Source of the DNA: Bacteroidota bacterium
GTDB lineage: Bacteria; Bacteroidota; Bacteroidia; Chitinophagales; CAIODY01
Reading direction: 5' to 3'
Length of the DNA stretch: 64,000 nt
Assembly (NCBI GenBank): GCA_046051225.1
Contig: JBJOOR010000017.1
Coordinates: 4,879-68,878, forward strand
Both the position numbers and the translations under genes were made by a program. Each line of letters begins with the position of its first letter. Positions within the stretch are counted from its first letter, which is position 1. Below are positions 1 through 8,152 of the stretch, one piece after another. The notes under the pieces were generated by a model that was not told the DNA's origin, searched no databases, and saw only the letters and a list, made by a program, of their open reading frames with translations.

Positions 1-515
1 TTGAGTAAATCACTAAAAAGGAGAAGGAGGCTGCTACCTCTTTCCCCTTTTTTTTTGCATAAAAAAAGCGGGAAATAAACTTCTAGTTTATCCTCCGCTT
101 AGATAAAAATATTCAACTGACTTTATGTAGCTGTAATTTTGCATTTTTTATGTTTTATTTTATCTTCTAAAAAAACTATATGTTTAGGATTATTTATAAC
201 TATGATTTTGAAATGTAAATTCATTTTTTTCTAAAATATTGGTTTATAGAATGTTTTACACGAAGTTAAACAGCAATCAAGCAGATTGCAAATGAAGTTA
301 TAAACCTTTGTTTAAAAACCCATTTTTATTCTATCTATGATGCATAGTAACTTTGTATCTTTTTCAAATTAAAATTTATTAGCTGTATTCCGCACTTTCC
401 GCATTGCATAGTTTCATCATCTTTCTAAATCTAACCTAAGCGTACAAGGGCTTCGCACGTTACTTCGTAACCCTTGACACTTGGTTGAAGCCTAGGGGCT
501 TTAAACTCATAGAAA

Positions 516-950
516 ATGATGAACTACACAATTAAAACGTACACGAAAAGTACAGAAGTACACAAGCCTCATTTCTACATCTTGAGAGAAGGTTTAAACG
601 CAGGTAAGCCATTAACAGAAGCTTGCGCCAACTGTTTCATTGTCATGATGGAGAATGACTTTGATAAAGAAACCATGTATTGGTTTTGTTACGCCTTGTG
701 GCAAACCAAAATCTTTGAACAACGCCTTACAGGCAATGTAATTCCATTTCTTCGGATTGGTAAATTACTTTGGACATTGAGTGAGTATATCCCTAAGATG
801 GATAGTAACAAACGTATTGTAAACTCAATTGCCAAGTTACGAGTATTCCAATCACGTTCCGTGAAATTACAAGAGTACTTAACCATGATAGAGCAGTCAA
901 AACGTTCTGCCTTACGTCATTTACTTACTGAAATACCAGGTCATATTTGA
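516..950 (+). CDS. hypothetical protein, cargo of integrated element (weak resemblance to a single HsdS-type target-recognition domain plus C-terminal helix)
   Basis: 144-aa ORF with ATG start inside the integrase-bounded region. The pattern GLNAGKP...CFIV...VIPFLRIG followed by a helical tail recalls type I R-M S-subunit half-domains, but this is not verified. Confidence 0.45.
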   Translation: MMNYTIKTYTKSTEVHKPHFYILREGLNAGKPLTEACANCFIVMMENDFDKETMYWFCYALWQTKIFEQRLTGNVIPFLRIGKLLWTLSEYIPKMDSNKRIVNSIAKLRVFQSRSVKLQEYLTMIEQSKRSALRHLLTEIPGHI

Positions 951-1035
951 TTTGGTATTTATATAAATTAATTTTCCATTTAAATTATATAAATTTTTAC
1001 CTTTACTTTTATTTTTAATTTTTAAAAAATTATAA

Positions 1036-1983
1036 ATGGATAAAATTTTATTTGTTTTTTCTGAAAAAAATTTAAAAACAAGTTTCCCAATAATCTTGTT
1101 AGTAATTGGGTTAGGCTTATTTATTTACGGGATTTTTGGTACGTTCGAAGACTTAAAATGGCAACATTTTTGTGATGGTCTAGGTAAGGCTATTTTAATT
1201 GGTGGAATTTTCAGCCTTCTCCTTAAGTCAATGCAATTTATGGGCATATTTAAAGAAGAGCTAACAAAGATTATTTTTGAAACTAAATTTCTATCAAACA
1301 GAAAAGATATTTTTGACTATTGGGAAAAAGTTTCTCAAGAAATGTTTAGAAATAAATTTCCTAACATTAGTCAAAAACTTTTAAAAGACGTACAAAATAT
1401 ATACTTCCCAACAACTCATACTATGTATTATGACAATTGTGAACACATTATTGAAATTGATTTAGAAAAGGAAGGATCAAATAATATACTTGTTAAAAAA
1501 ACTACAAATTTAACCGCTATTCCAATTAATAATAAAGAGACTTATACATATGATTTTTCAAATATTATGCCTTTTAAAAATGAACTCACTAATGAAACAG
1601 ATATATATTACGAATCTACTAGTGTAAAAATTAATGGAATAGTAACGAAACCAACTCATAAAAAAAGCGTAAAAGGAAAAGAGGTTATAAACGAATTCTG
1701 TGTTACTTTGTCTAATTCAGATAAATACGAGATAGAGCGTATAGAAAACAAAAAATATGATGTTACCTTTGACAACATAATATATTTTGGGGCTAGGAGA
1801 ATTTTTCACAAAATGACAGTTGAAATACATTATCCAAAAGATAAACTTAGAATAGAGTTAAAAAAATGTGGAACACTTCAAGATTTTCTAAAACAAAGTG
1901 AAACAACCCATTCTACTAAATACTCTTATAAGGGGCTTATTTATATGGAGCAAGGATACTATATTAATGTAATAAAAATATGA
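1036..1983 (+). CDS. hypothetical membrane-anchored protein (two N-terminal TM helices plus ~240-aa soluble domain of unknown function)
   Basis: 315-aa ORF. The N-terminus has hydrophobic segments PIILLVIGLGLFIYGIFG and AILIGGIFSLLL. The locus is extremely AT-rich and lies directly next to the integrase. I recognise no motif. Confidence 0.55.
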   Translation: MDKILFVFSEKNLKTSFPIILLVIGLGLFIYGIFGTFEDLKWQHFCDGLGKAILIGGIFSLLLKSMQFMGIFKEELTKIIFETKFLSNRKDIFDYWEKVSQEMFRNKFPNISQKLLKDVQNIYFPTTHTMYYDNCEHIIEIDLEKEGSNNILVKKTTNLTAIPINNKETYTYDFSNIMPFKNELTNETDIYYESTSVKINGIVTKPTHKKSVKGKEVINEFCVTLSNSDKYEIERIENKKYDVTFDNIIYFGARRIFHKMTVEIHYPKDKLRIELKKCGTLQDFLKQSETTHSTKYSYKGLIYMEQGYYINVIKI

Positions 1984-2087
1984 TATAATGAATTTTATGA
2001 TAAAAAAAATATTGGACGGAGATAAAGGTTAATACGAGAATAATTTTTAATATAATTATTGCTTGCTATTCTATTGTTTTATTATAA

Positions 2088-3317
2088 TCAAAAACTAACT
2101 ACAGCATCTAAAGCATCGTCAGCATCTTTATGTATAAAGTTGTTTTGATAGCCTATTGTTGTAGTAATGGAGGAGTGGCGGTAGAGTTTTTGCAACATTT
2201 GAATTGATATTTTATCCCCAGAAATATTACCAAAGGTATGACGTGCAATATGCATGGTTAATGGTTTATCAAGCTCAATCATAGGAGCAATAACCTTTTG
2301 AAGAGTTGTGTCAATTCGATGTATTGCAGTGGCAATTTTCTTTTGCACCATAATATTATCATTAAAATCATCAAACATTTTGAGTTCGGGAAATAGTAAA
2401 TCATCATTACTTCGCTTATCCTTTTTATATTCATTAATTATTGCAATAGCTTTAGCAGGAATCTTTAACGAACCACCTTTTGCATTCTTGCCCATGGTAT
2501 AATGTAAACGGTCATTTTGTATGTCAGTCCATCGTAAACGTAAGACATCAGAAATGCGCATACCTGCAAAATAGAAAGAAAACAACCATATGTTACGAGC
2601 ATGATTGACATATGAACCATTTTCTAATTCAAGCTCTTCTAATTGTTTAACCTCATCCGATGATAAGCCAATCTTTAGGGAGTCGGGAAATTTGATTCTT
2701 ATCTTACCATCCCCAAATGGATAGTATTTTCTATCCACTAAATTCGCTTTCATTGCTTGACTGAAAATTGAACGAATAACAACCAAATGGTTTACAACAG
2801 TACGTTCAGTAATGGTTCGGGTACTTTTAAGGTACAATTGAAAACGCTGTAATAGTGGTACAGTAATATCTGCAAACGCTATATCTTCTTGATGTAATGA
2901 AGATTTCAAGAATTCTTTAAAATGTTTTACTCGAGGTTTATCTGAACCCAATCTATTGTATTTGCCAGCTTTTTCAAGTGTATCAAGATAGAGTGTTGAT
3001 TGAGGTAAAAATGTTTCTCCATTTGTTGGTCTAAGTTTTTGCTTAACCGAAAAAGACGACACGGTACTTTTATTAGTTTCTAATTCAAGAGAAGTATCAT
3101 TTGCTTCTGCTAATTTTTTTAGCAAAAAATTATTCAACCGATTTGAATTAGGATGTGATTTTTTTACCCGTTGAGTTGTTGCATCCCATTGTGATTCTTT
3201 TAAATCATATCCTAAATGGATAAACGAAGTTTTTCTATCCTTTGTAATACGAATTGCCAAGGGAAATGTGTCATCCAGTTTTTTCTTTGCACGAAGAACT
3301 ATTTTTATTGTTGCCAT
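2088..3317 (-). CDS. tyrosine site-specific integrase (Bacteroidota phage-integrase family with N-terminal arm-binding/SAM-like domains)
   Basis: 409 aa. C-terminal catalytic signature: ...GMRISDVLRLRW..., HIARHTFGN (H-x-x-R) and LYRHSSITTTIGY (catalytic Tyr). A tRNA-derived att-like fragment lies 146 bp upstream of its start. Confidence 0.9.
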   Translation of the reverse strand: MATIKIVLRAKKKLDDTFPLAIRITKDRKTSFIHLGYDLKESQWDATTQRVKKSHPNSNRLNNFLLKKLAEANDTSLELETNKSTVSSFSVKQKLRPTNGETFLPQSTLYLDTLEKAGKYNRLGSDKPRVKHFKEFLKSSLHQEDIAFADITVPLLQRFQLYLKSTRTITERTVVNHLVVIRSIFSQAMKANLVDRKYYPFGDGKIRIKFPDSLKIGLSSDEVKQLEELELENGSYVNHARNIWLFSFYFAGMRISDVLRLRWTDIQNDRLHYTMGKNAKGGSLKIPAKAIAIINEYKKDKRSNDDLLFPELKMFDDFNDNIMVQKKIATAIHRIDTTLQKVIAPMIELDKPLTMHIARHTFGNISGDKISIQMLQKLYRHSSITTTIGYQNNFIHKDADDALDAVVSF

Positions 3318-3331
3318 GAGTAATCAATTTT

Positions 3332-3351
3332 GGTACAACAAAGGTACAACA
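3332..3351. promoter_or_regulatory. perfect 9-bp direct repeat GGTACAACA x2 (11-bp period) between integrase start and tRNA fragment; candidate integrase arm-type or operator site
   Basis: GGTACAACA at 3332-3340 and 3343-3351, read directly. Function is inferred from position only. Confidence 0.3.
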
Positions 3352-3462
3352 TTTATGGTTTTTCGACAAATTGCACCGAAACAATTTTATACATAAAACC
3401 TATATTTATCAATACTTTCGGCATTCATGCATTCACATTAAACCATATTGATTCATTAAAAA

Positions 3463-3521
3463 CGGGACTTAAAATCCCGTGGGCCGAAACGCCCGTACGG
3501 GTTCAACTCCCGTCTCGAGTA
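3463..3521 (+). pseudogene. 3' partial tRNA-Leu(UAA): anticodon arm, long variable arm, T arm and 3' acceptor strand only (putative att site)
   Basis: The parts are:
- anticodon stem CGGGA/TCCCG with loop CTTAAAA (anticodon TAA)
- variable arm GGGCcgaaacGCCC
- T arm ACGGG-TTCAACT-CCCGT
- 3' acceptor strand CTCGAGT plus discriminator A
The complementary 5' acceptor strand (ACTCGAG) and a D arm are absent from the ~100 nt upstream. Confidence 0.75.
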
Positions 3522-3532
3522 CTTAATAATTA

Positions 3533-3572
3533 GCCTCAAATACTTAACAGATAAGTGTTTGAGGCTTTTTTT
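3533..3572 (+). terminator. rho-independent terminator following the tRNA fragment
   Basis: GCCTCAAA...TTTGAGGC stem (8 bp) followed by T7. Confidence 0.7.
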
Positions 3573-3703
3573 ATTTTACAAAGTAACAAGAGTTATTGAA
3601 TTGGCAAAAAATTATAGTTGTATCCACAAAAATGCCTACATCTACTTTTTTGTTTTTGATATTTTTTTTTTGTTTTTGATAATTTTAGTAGTACCTTTAT
3701 AAT

Positions 3704-3997
3704 ATGGTTATAATTACCAAACGAAAGCTAATTGAGTTTTATGAAATAGAAACAAAGGCAAAAGAGCCATTGTTGAAATGGTATAATGAAACTGAAATTA
3801 GCGATTGGAAAAATTTAGCAGCCATAAAGCAAACCTTTAATAGTGTTGATTATGTAGGCAACGATAGATATGTGTTTGATGTAGCTGGTAATAAGTTTAG
3901 AATTGTAGCCATGATACATTTTAAAACAAGAACGCTTTACATACGCTTTGTAGGCACTCACAAACAATACGATAAAATAGACTGCAAAACAATTTAA
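3704..3997 (+). CDS. higB: type II toxin HigB (RelE-fold mRNA interferase, E. coli YgjN/HigB type)
   Basis: 97 aa. ...DRYVFDVAGNKFRIVAMIHFKTRTLYIRFVGTHKQYDKID closely parallels E. coli HigB (...HYVFNVGGNELRVVAMVFF...CYIREVMTHKEYD). The antitoxin gene follows 4 nt downstream. Confidence 0.85.
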   Translation: MVIITKRKLIEFYEIETKAKEPLLKWYNETEISDWKNLAAIKQTFNSVDYVGNDRYVFDVAGNKFRIVAMIHFKTRTLYIRFVGTHKQYDKIDCKTI

Positions 3998-4001
3998 CAA
4001 A

Positions 4002-4382
4002 ATGAAAAACGAAGTAACAAAAAAAGAGTTTGAAATAGCTGAAAAAAAGATGAATGAAATTTTGGCTATTGCTACTGAAAAAGGTGGCTTTGATTTTCTA
4101 ACTTCAAAAGAAAATACAGCCCTTGCCAAATATACCCAAATAGTAAAGGCTTATGAAGATATACACTATCAAATTCCAATGCCTCAAACTGTGCAAGGTT
4201 TGATTGAATTGAAAATGTATGAAAGGAAATTAAAACAAAAAGATTTGGCAAAATTATTGGAAACAACCGACACCAAGCTTTCAGAAATTATGCACTACAA
4301 AAGAAAACCTAATTTAGTTTTCCTAAAAGCCATGCACCAAAAGTTAGGCATAGACGGCAATTTGCTTTTTAAAGCTGTTTAA
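4002..4382 (+). CDS. higA: antitoxin HigA (HTH, Xre-like C-terminal domain)
   Basis: 126 aa immediately after higB. The C-terminal HTH-like segment is LKQKDLAKLLETTDTKLSEIMHYKRKPN, and the arrangement is typical toxin-first higBA. Confidence 0.8.
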   Translation: MKNEVTKKEFEIAEKKMNEILAIATEKGGFDFLTSKENTALAKYTQIVKAYEDIHYQIPMPQTVQGLIELKMYERKLKQKDLAKLLETTDTKLSEIMHYKRKPNLVFLKAMHQKLGIDGNLLFKAV

Positions 4383-4510
4383 CTAAAAAAGTTGCTAAAA
4401 CATAGACATTTGTCTCTCAATTGTCCCTTTAATAAAAATAAAAGTCTATAAATTCAACAATAACAAGTCTTTCAAGGTTTTGATAACTCCCTCGAATACA
4501 ACAAATAAAA

Positions 4511-4546
4511 AAGGGTTTCAAGGTTTTCTTGAAGCCCTTTTTTATT
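4511..4546 (+). terminator. rho-independent terminator downstream of higBA
   Basis: AAGGGTTTCAAG / CTTGAAGCCCTT stem (one G-T pair) with a 5-nt loop, followed by a T-rich run. Confidence 0.65.
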
Positions 4547-4629
4547 TTTATATAGTATCCCTACAATTAGTATTCAACATTTTACATAGCACTCTGCTAG
4601 TAGAGCAACAAGGCAAACAAAACATTTTG

Positions 4630-4760
4630 CTGATGAACATAGTTTCTATGTTGATGAACTTAGAACTTTTTCTGATGAACATAGTTTCTATGTTGATTAG
4701 AAAAACATTTTTTCTGATTAGAATAGTTTCTATTCTGACTAGAAAAAACATTTTTCTGAT
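4630..4760. repeat. 42-bp tandem repeat, 3 full units plus partial flanking units, each unit carrying two short palindromes
   Basis: CTGAT anchors at 4630, 4672, 4714 and 4756 (exact 42-bp period). Each unit holds two palindromes:
- AACATAG-TTT-CTATGTT (or AGAATAG-TTT-CTATTCT)
- AGAAAAA-CA-TTTTTCT. Confidence 0.85.
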
Positions 4761-5055
4761 GGTAAACAAAATGGTGTTCACTACCTAAATTACTGATAAT
4801 CAATAAATTTTTGTTTTTTCAGGTTTATTTTATCTTGCTACTATATTATTTTAGCATAAACTATCATCAATAAAAATGTTCACGTTTGTATTATAAAATG
4901 TATTGTTCCGAAGTATCATAACAAGCTGCAAGCCCAATGCACAAAAGCTATGCTTCAACTCCGAACATTCGGAGGGCGACAACGAATACAGCTTAACTGC
5001 GGTAATTCTTGTTCATACGTGCAAAAAAATATTGCATCATCTTGTATAAAACTTT

Positions 5056-5063
5056 TATATTTG
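5056..5063 (+). promoter_or_regulatory. Bacteroidota -7 promoter box TATATTTG (TAnnTTTG) for the large T9SS protein gene
   Basis: Exact TAnnTTTG match ending 21 nt upstream of ATG 5084. This supports the internal start rather than 5009. Confidence 0.45.
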
Positions 5064-5083
5064 AAAAACCTAAAACACCGAGA

Positions 5084-8000
5084 ATGAAAAAACTTCTACT
5101 TTGTTTATTGGCAATAATTATTGGAATATTTGTTTCTAGTAATGTATTGCAATCGCATTCATTAACACCACCAGCAGGGCAAGCTTGCAATTCAAGCGGA
5201 TGCCATGGCGGAGGAAGTGGTGGTGGAATTTCATGCACCCCTGTAATAACTTGTTCAAGTTTTTATTTAGGACCTCAAACCAATTTGGCTGCTATATCTT
5301 ATTTAGACCCAGGTGCTGCTATTGATACATTAACTTTTACTATTACTATTCCTGGTGCTACAAGGGGAGGTTTTCAACTTTCTTGTTCAAAAGGATATTT
5401 TATGAATGTTGATTCGAACAAAACACGTATCACTCATAGTGGCAGTATTAGTTACATTAGCCATTATAATTCAACATTTGGTTCTACAAGTTGGACAGTT
5501 AAATGGTTTCCGTATCCTACTTCAATTGGTGGTTTTAATAATTATGTAAATTTTTCTTACTCAACTGTATGTGATACGATGCCTAATAATAATGGTTCTG
5601 GTGGTAACGGAGGAACAGGAGGAAGTTGTTTACCAAATTGTTCTGGTGCTTCATCGGGCACAATGGGAGCTAGTGCCACTAATTGTTATTGCTATAATTG
5701 TAATGGAGGTCCAGTAATAAATAAAAAGGGGATACTATATTCTACTTATTTTAGTGTATGCCTAGGGGATACAATATCCTTTTCTTGGAATGGCAGTGGT
5801 AATCTATGGAGTTCGCCTAATATAAGTGATTGGTGGGGAAGTGTAACAAATTATTCAGCTAACAACTATCAATTTGGAAGCAATGTATTCCAAAATGGTT
5901 TTTTAGCGGTAGTTGATACAAATTGGATATCAGTAGATATTTCATATACGTATGATTATTATTGTAGTACGGTATATATTCAAGGTCCAACAAATACAGC
6001 GTCTTTTTCAATATATAAAAAGCCCATCATTCCAGTTTTAAGTCCAGTATCTATTTGCTCATCAAAAGGAGTTGTATTAGGCTCGAATAATAATGTTACT
6101 ACTTCACATCCACCTTTACTTTACAAATGGTTTCCTGCAACTAATTTAGATACTGTTACTAAATACCGAGCTGTGGCTAAACCTACTACTCCAACAACTT
6201 ATACTTTGCAAGTAACTGATGGTTATAGTTGCGTTTCAAAAGCAAATCAGATTGTAAATTTTTCAATTCCATCTTATTCAACTACCACTAAAACAATTTG
6301 TTCAAATCAGCCCATTTTAATCAACCATAAATTTGTAAATACAGCAGGAGTTTATAGCGATACGTTAGTTAATCACACAGGCTGCGATTCAATTGTTACA
6401 CTTAGTTTAATTGTAAAAAATATTGGTTTTCATCAATTACCAAATCAAACCATTTGCAGTAATGGTTTCTATTATTTTAATAATCATAAAATTAACTTAG
6501 CAGGAATATACTATGATACCTTAGCAAATTATCTAGGCTGCGATTCGATTTTAAGTTTGAATTTAATTGTACACAATACTAGTAATTACAGCTATTCGCA
6601 AGCTATTTGTAGCAATCAATCTTATCTGTTTAACAATCATCAATTAAATCAAAGCGGAACATATTATGATACTTTGCAAAATTATTTAGGCTGCGATAGT
6701 TTTATAATCTTGACTTTAGCAGTATTACCAATTAGTAACCATTCTTATCATCAAACTATTTGCAGCAATCAGCCTTATTTATTCAACAATCATCAATTGA
6801 ATTCTACAGGAATTTATTTAGATACATTACAAAATTATGTAGGTTGTGATTCAATACTAACTCTTAATCTTACTGTTTTACCAAATGGAAGCTCTTATTC
6901 AATGGGTATTTGTCCTAATCAAAGTTATTATTTCAATGGAAATAATTTAACCACAGCAGGAATTTATTATGATACTTTACAAAACTATCTGGGCTGCGAT
7001 AGCTTTATAACGCTGCATTTGAATGTGAATCAACCCACATCAAAAACGATAAATCAAACAATTTGCAACAATAGTTTTTATAATTTGAATGGAACTATTT
7101 TAAATCAAAGCGGCATTTATTATGATACTATTCAAAACCATTCGGGTTGTGATAGTTTTATCACTTTGCATTTGGTGGTAAAATCAATTAGTAGTTATTC
7201 TTATAGCCAAACTATTTGCAGCAATCAGCCTGTTTATATTCATAATAATTATGTAAATACATCGGGCATTTATCATGATACATTAATAAATTATATGGGT
7301 TGCGATTCGTTAATCACACTTCATTTAACTGCGAAACCTGCCACCAATTCATCATTTACAAAAACCATTTGTAGCAATCAGCCTTATTTATTTAATGGTC
7401 ATTTATTAAACACATCGGGCAATTATAAAGATACGCTAACAAATTATGTAGGCTGCGATTCTATCATCAATCTGCATTTAATATCGCATACTGCGTATCA
7501 GCAAAACACCACCACCATTGGCATGTGTAAGGGCGATAGATATTTTTATTATGGAAATGTGTACACCACATCAACTATTATTTACGATTCGATGCAAACC
7601 TATTTGGGCTGCGATTCTATTATTTCTATTACCTTAAATATGATTACAAATGCTGATACATCTGTGGTTCAAAGCGGTAATACATTAATTGCCCAAGCCC
7701 AACACAGTAGTTTTCAATGGTACGATTGTACCGAACATCAACTCATTCAAAATGCAAATGATGATACATTTATGGTGCATCATTCGGGCAGTTATGCTGT
7801 AATTGTAAAAGATAGTTTAACCTATTGCAGCGATACATCTAATTGCAGAACTATTGTAGTTAGTGGCGTTGAAGACTTTGCAGCAAACAATAGTGGACTA
7901 ATTATTTATCCAAACCCTACCAATGAATGGTTATCGATTAATGATAAATGGTTAGCAATAAATACAATTGAAATTACGGATATGTTGGGTCGTGTTATGG

Positions 8001-8152
8001 TAAGCTTATCGAACCATATCAATCAACAAATCAAAAAATCATCTACTCAACAAATTCAAATTGATGTGTCGGGTTTATCAAATGGCTTATATTTCGTCAA
8101 AGCCACTGATAGCAAAGGCAATGTGATGAATGCAAAATTTGTAAAAGAATAA
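5084..8152 (+). CDS. large secreted repeat protein (putative adhesin) with T9SS C-terminal sorting domain
   Basis: - Start moved to MKKLLLCLLAIIIGIF (signal peptide).
- Cys/Gly-rich N-terminal region (CNSSGCHGGGSGGG, NNNGSGGNGGTGGSC).
- Nine ~51-aa Cys-containing repeats.
- C-terminal IIYPNPTNEWLSIN...GLYFVKATDSKGNVMNAKFVKE, typical of the Por secretion tail. Confidence 0.85.
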   Translation: MKKLLLCLLAIIIGIFVSSNVLQSHSLTPPAGQACNSSGCHGGGSGGGISCTPVITCSSFYLGPQTNLAAISYLDPGAAIDTLTFTITIPGATRGGFQLSCSKGYFMNVDSNKTRITHSGSISYISHYNSTFGSTSWTVKWFPYPTSIGGFNNYVNFSYSTVCDTMPNNNGSGGNGGTGGSCLPNCSGASSGTMGASATNCYCYNCNGGPVINKKGILYSTYFSVCLGDTISFSWNGSGNLWSSPNISDWWGSVTNYSANNYQFGSNVFQNGFLAVVDTNWISVDISYTYDYYCSTVYIQGPTNTASFSIYKKPIIPVLSPVSICSSKGVVLGSNNNVTTSHPPLLYKWFPATNLDTVTKYRAVAKPTTPTTYTLQVTDGYSCVSKANQIVNFSIPSYSTTTKTICSNQPILINHKFVNTAGVYSDTLVNHTGCDSIVTLSLIVKNIGFHQLPNQTICSNGFYYFNNHKINLAGIYYDTLANYLGCDSILSLNLIVHNTSNYSYSQAICSNQSYLFNNHQLNQSGTYYDTLQNYLGCDSFIILTLAVLPISNHSYHQTICSNQPYLFNNHQLNSTGIYLDTLQNYVGCDSILTLNLTVLPNGSSYSMGICPNQSYYFNGNNLTTAGIYYDTLQNYLGCDSFITLHLNVNQPTSKTINQTICNNSFYNLNGTILNQSGIYYDTIQNHSGCDSFITLHLVVKSISSYSYSQTICSNQPVYIHNNYVNTSGIYHDTLINYMGCDSLITLHLTAKPATNSSFTKTICSNQPYLFNGHLLNTSGNYKDTLTNYVGCDSIINLHLISHTAYQQNTTTIGMCKGDRYFYYGNVYTTSTIIYDSMQTYLGCDSIISITLNMITNADTSVVQSGNTLIAQAQHSSFQWYDCTEHQLIQNANDDTFMVHHSGSYAVIVKDSLTYCSDTSNCRTIVVSGVEDFAANNSGLIIYPNPTNEWLSINDKWLAINTIEITDMLGRVMVSLSNHINQQIKKSSTQQIQIDVSGLSNGLYFVKATDSKGNVMNAKFVKE
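6290..7655 (+). repeat. nine tandem ~153-bp intragenic repeats encoding the C-x-N-Q-x-Y-x-F-N...G-x-Y-x-D-T-L-x-N-Y-x-G-C-D-S-x3-L-x-L-x-V module
   Basis: Nine consecutive units (for example QTICSNQPYLFNNHQLNSTGIYLDTLQNYVGCDSILTLNLTVLP) read from the translation. Recurrent GGCTGCGAT is visible in the DNA. Confidence 0.85.

Noticed and set aside
123-224. 33-aa minus-strand ORF (MNLHFKIIVINNPKHIVFLEDKIKHKKCKITAT) followed by an imperfect hairpin plus T7 (64-100).
   Set aside because: It is too short and unsupported. It is noted only because a facing pair of terminator-like hairpins (about 20-57 on + and about 64-100 on -) suggests transcription units end here.
3380-3521. Possibility that a complete tRNA-Leu gene is present.
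   Set aside because: The acceptor 3' strand CTCGAGT has no complement (ACTCGAG or G-U variants) upstream, and no D arm (GG-containing loop) is present. Only the 3' ~59 nt are tRNA-like. Confirmation needs tRNAscan-SE.
3330-3533. 67-aa ORF on the + strand covering the integrase-tRNA spacer.
   Set aside because: It runs through the tRNA-Leu fragment and the att-like spacer and has no coding-like features. It is treated as spurious.
4621-4760. CRISPR array.
   Set aside because: The units are contiguous, with no unique spacers between repeats. Each unit is only 42 bp, and no cas genes are in the window.
4480-4788. Two overlapping ORFs (102 aa on +, 77 aa on -) over the 42-bp repeat array.
   Set aside because: Both translate into the same low-complexity repeated peptides (MNIVSML... 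/ NIETMFI...), which are generated by the palindromic repeat. They are mirror-image artefacts.
5009-5083. N-terminal extensions in the ORF track: 5009 for the adhesin, 22929 for parC, 32578 for the POT transporter, 43222 for dnaX, 52011 for the RCC1 protein, 37486 and 58817 as TTG starts.
   Set aside because: In each case an internal ATG gives a canonical N-terminus (a signal peptide or the conserved family start). The extension overlaps a promoter box, an inverted repeat or non-coding-looking sequence.
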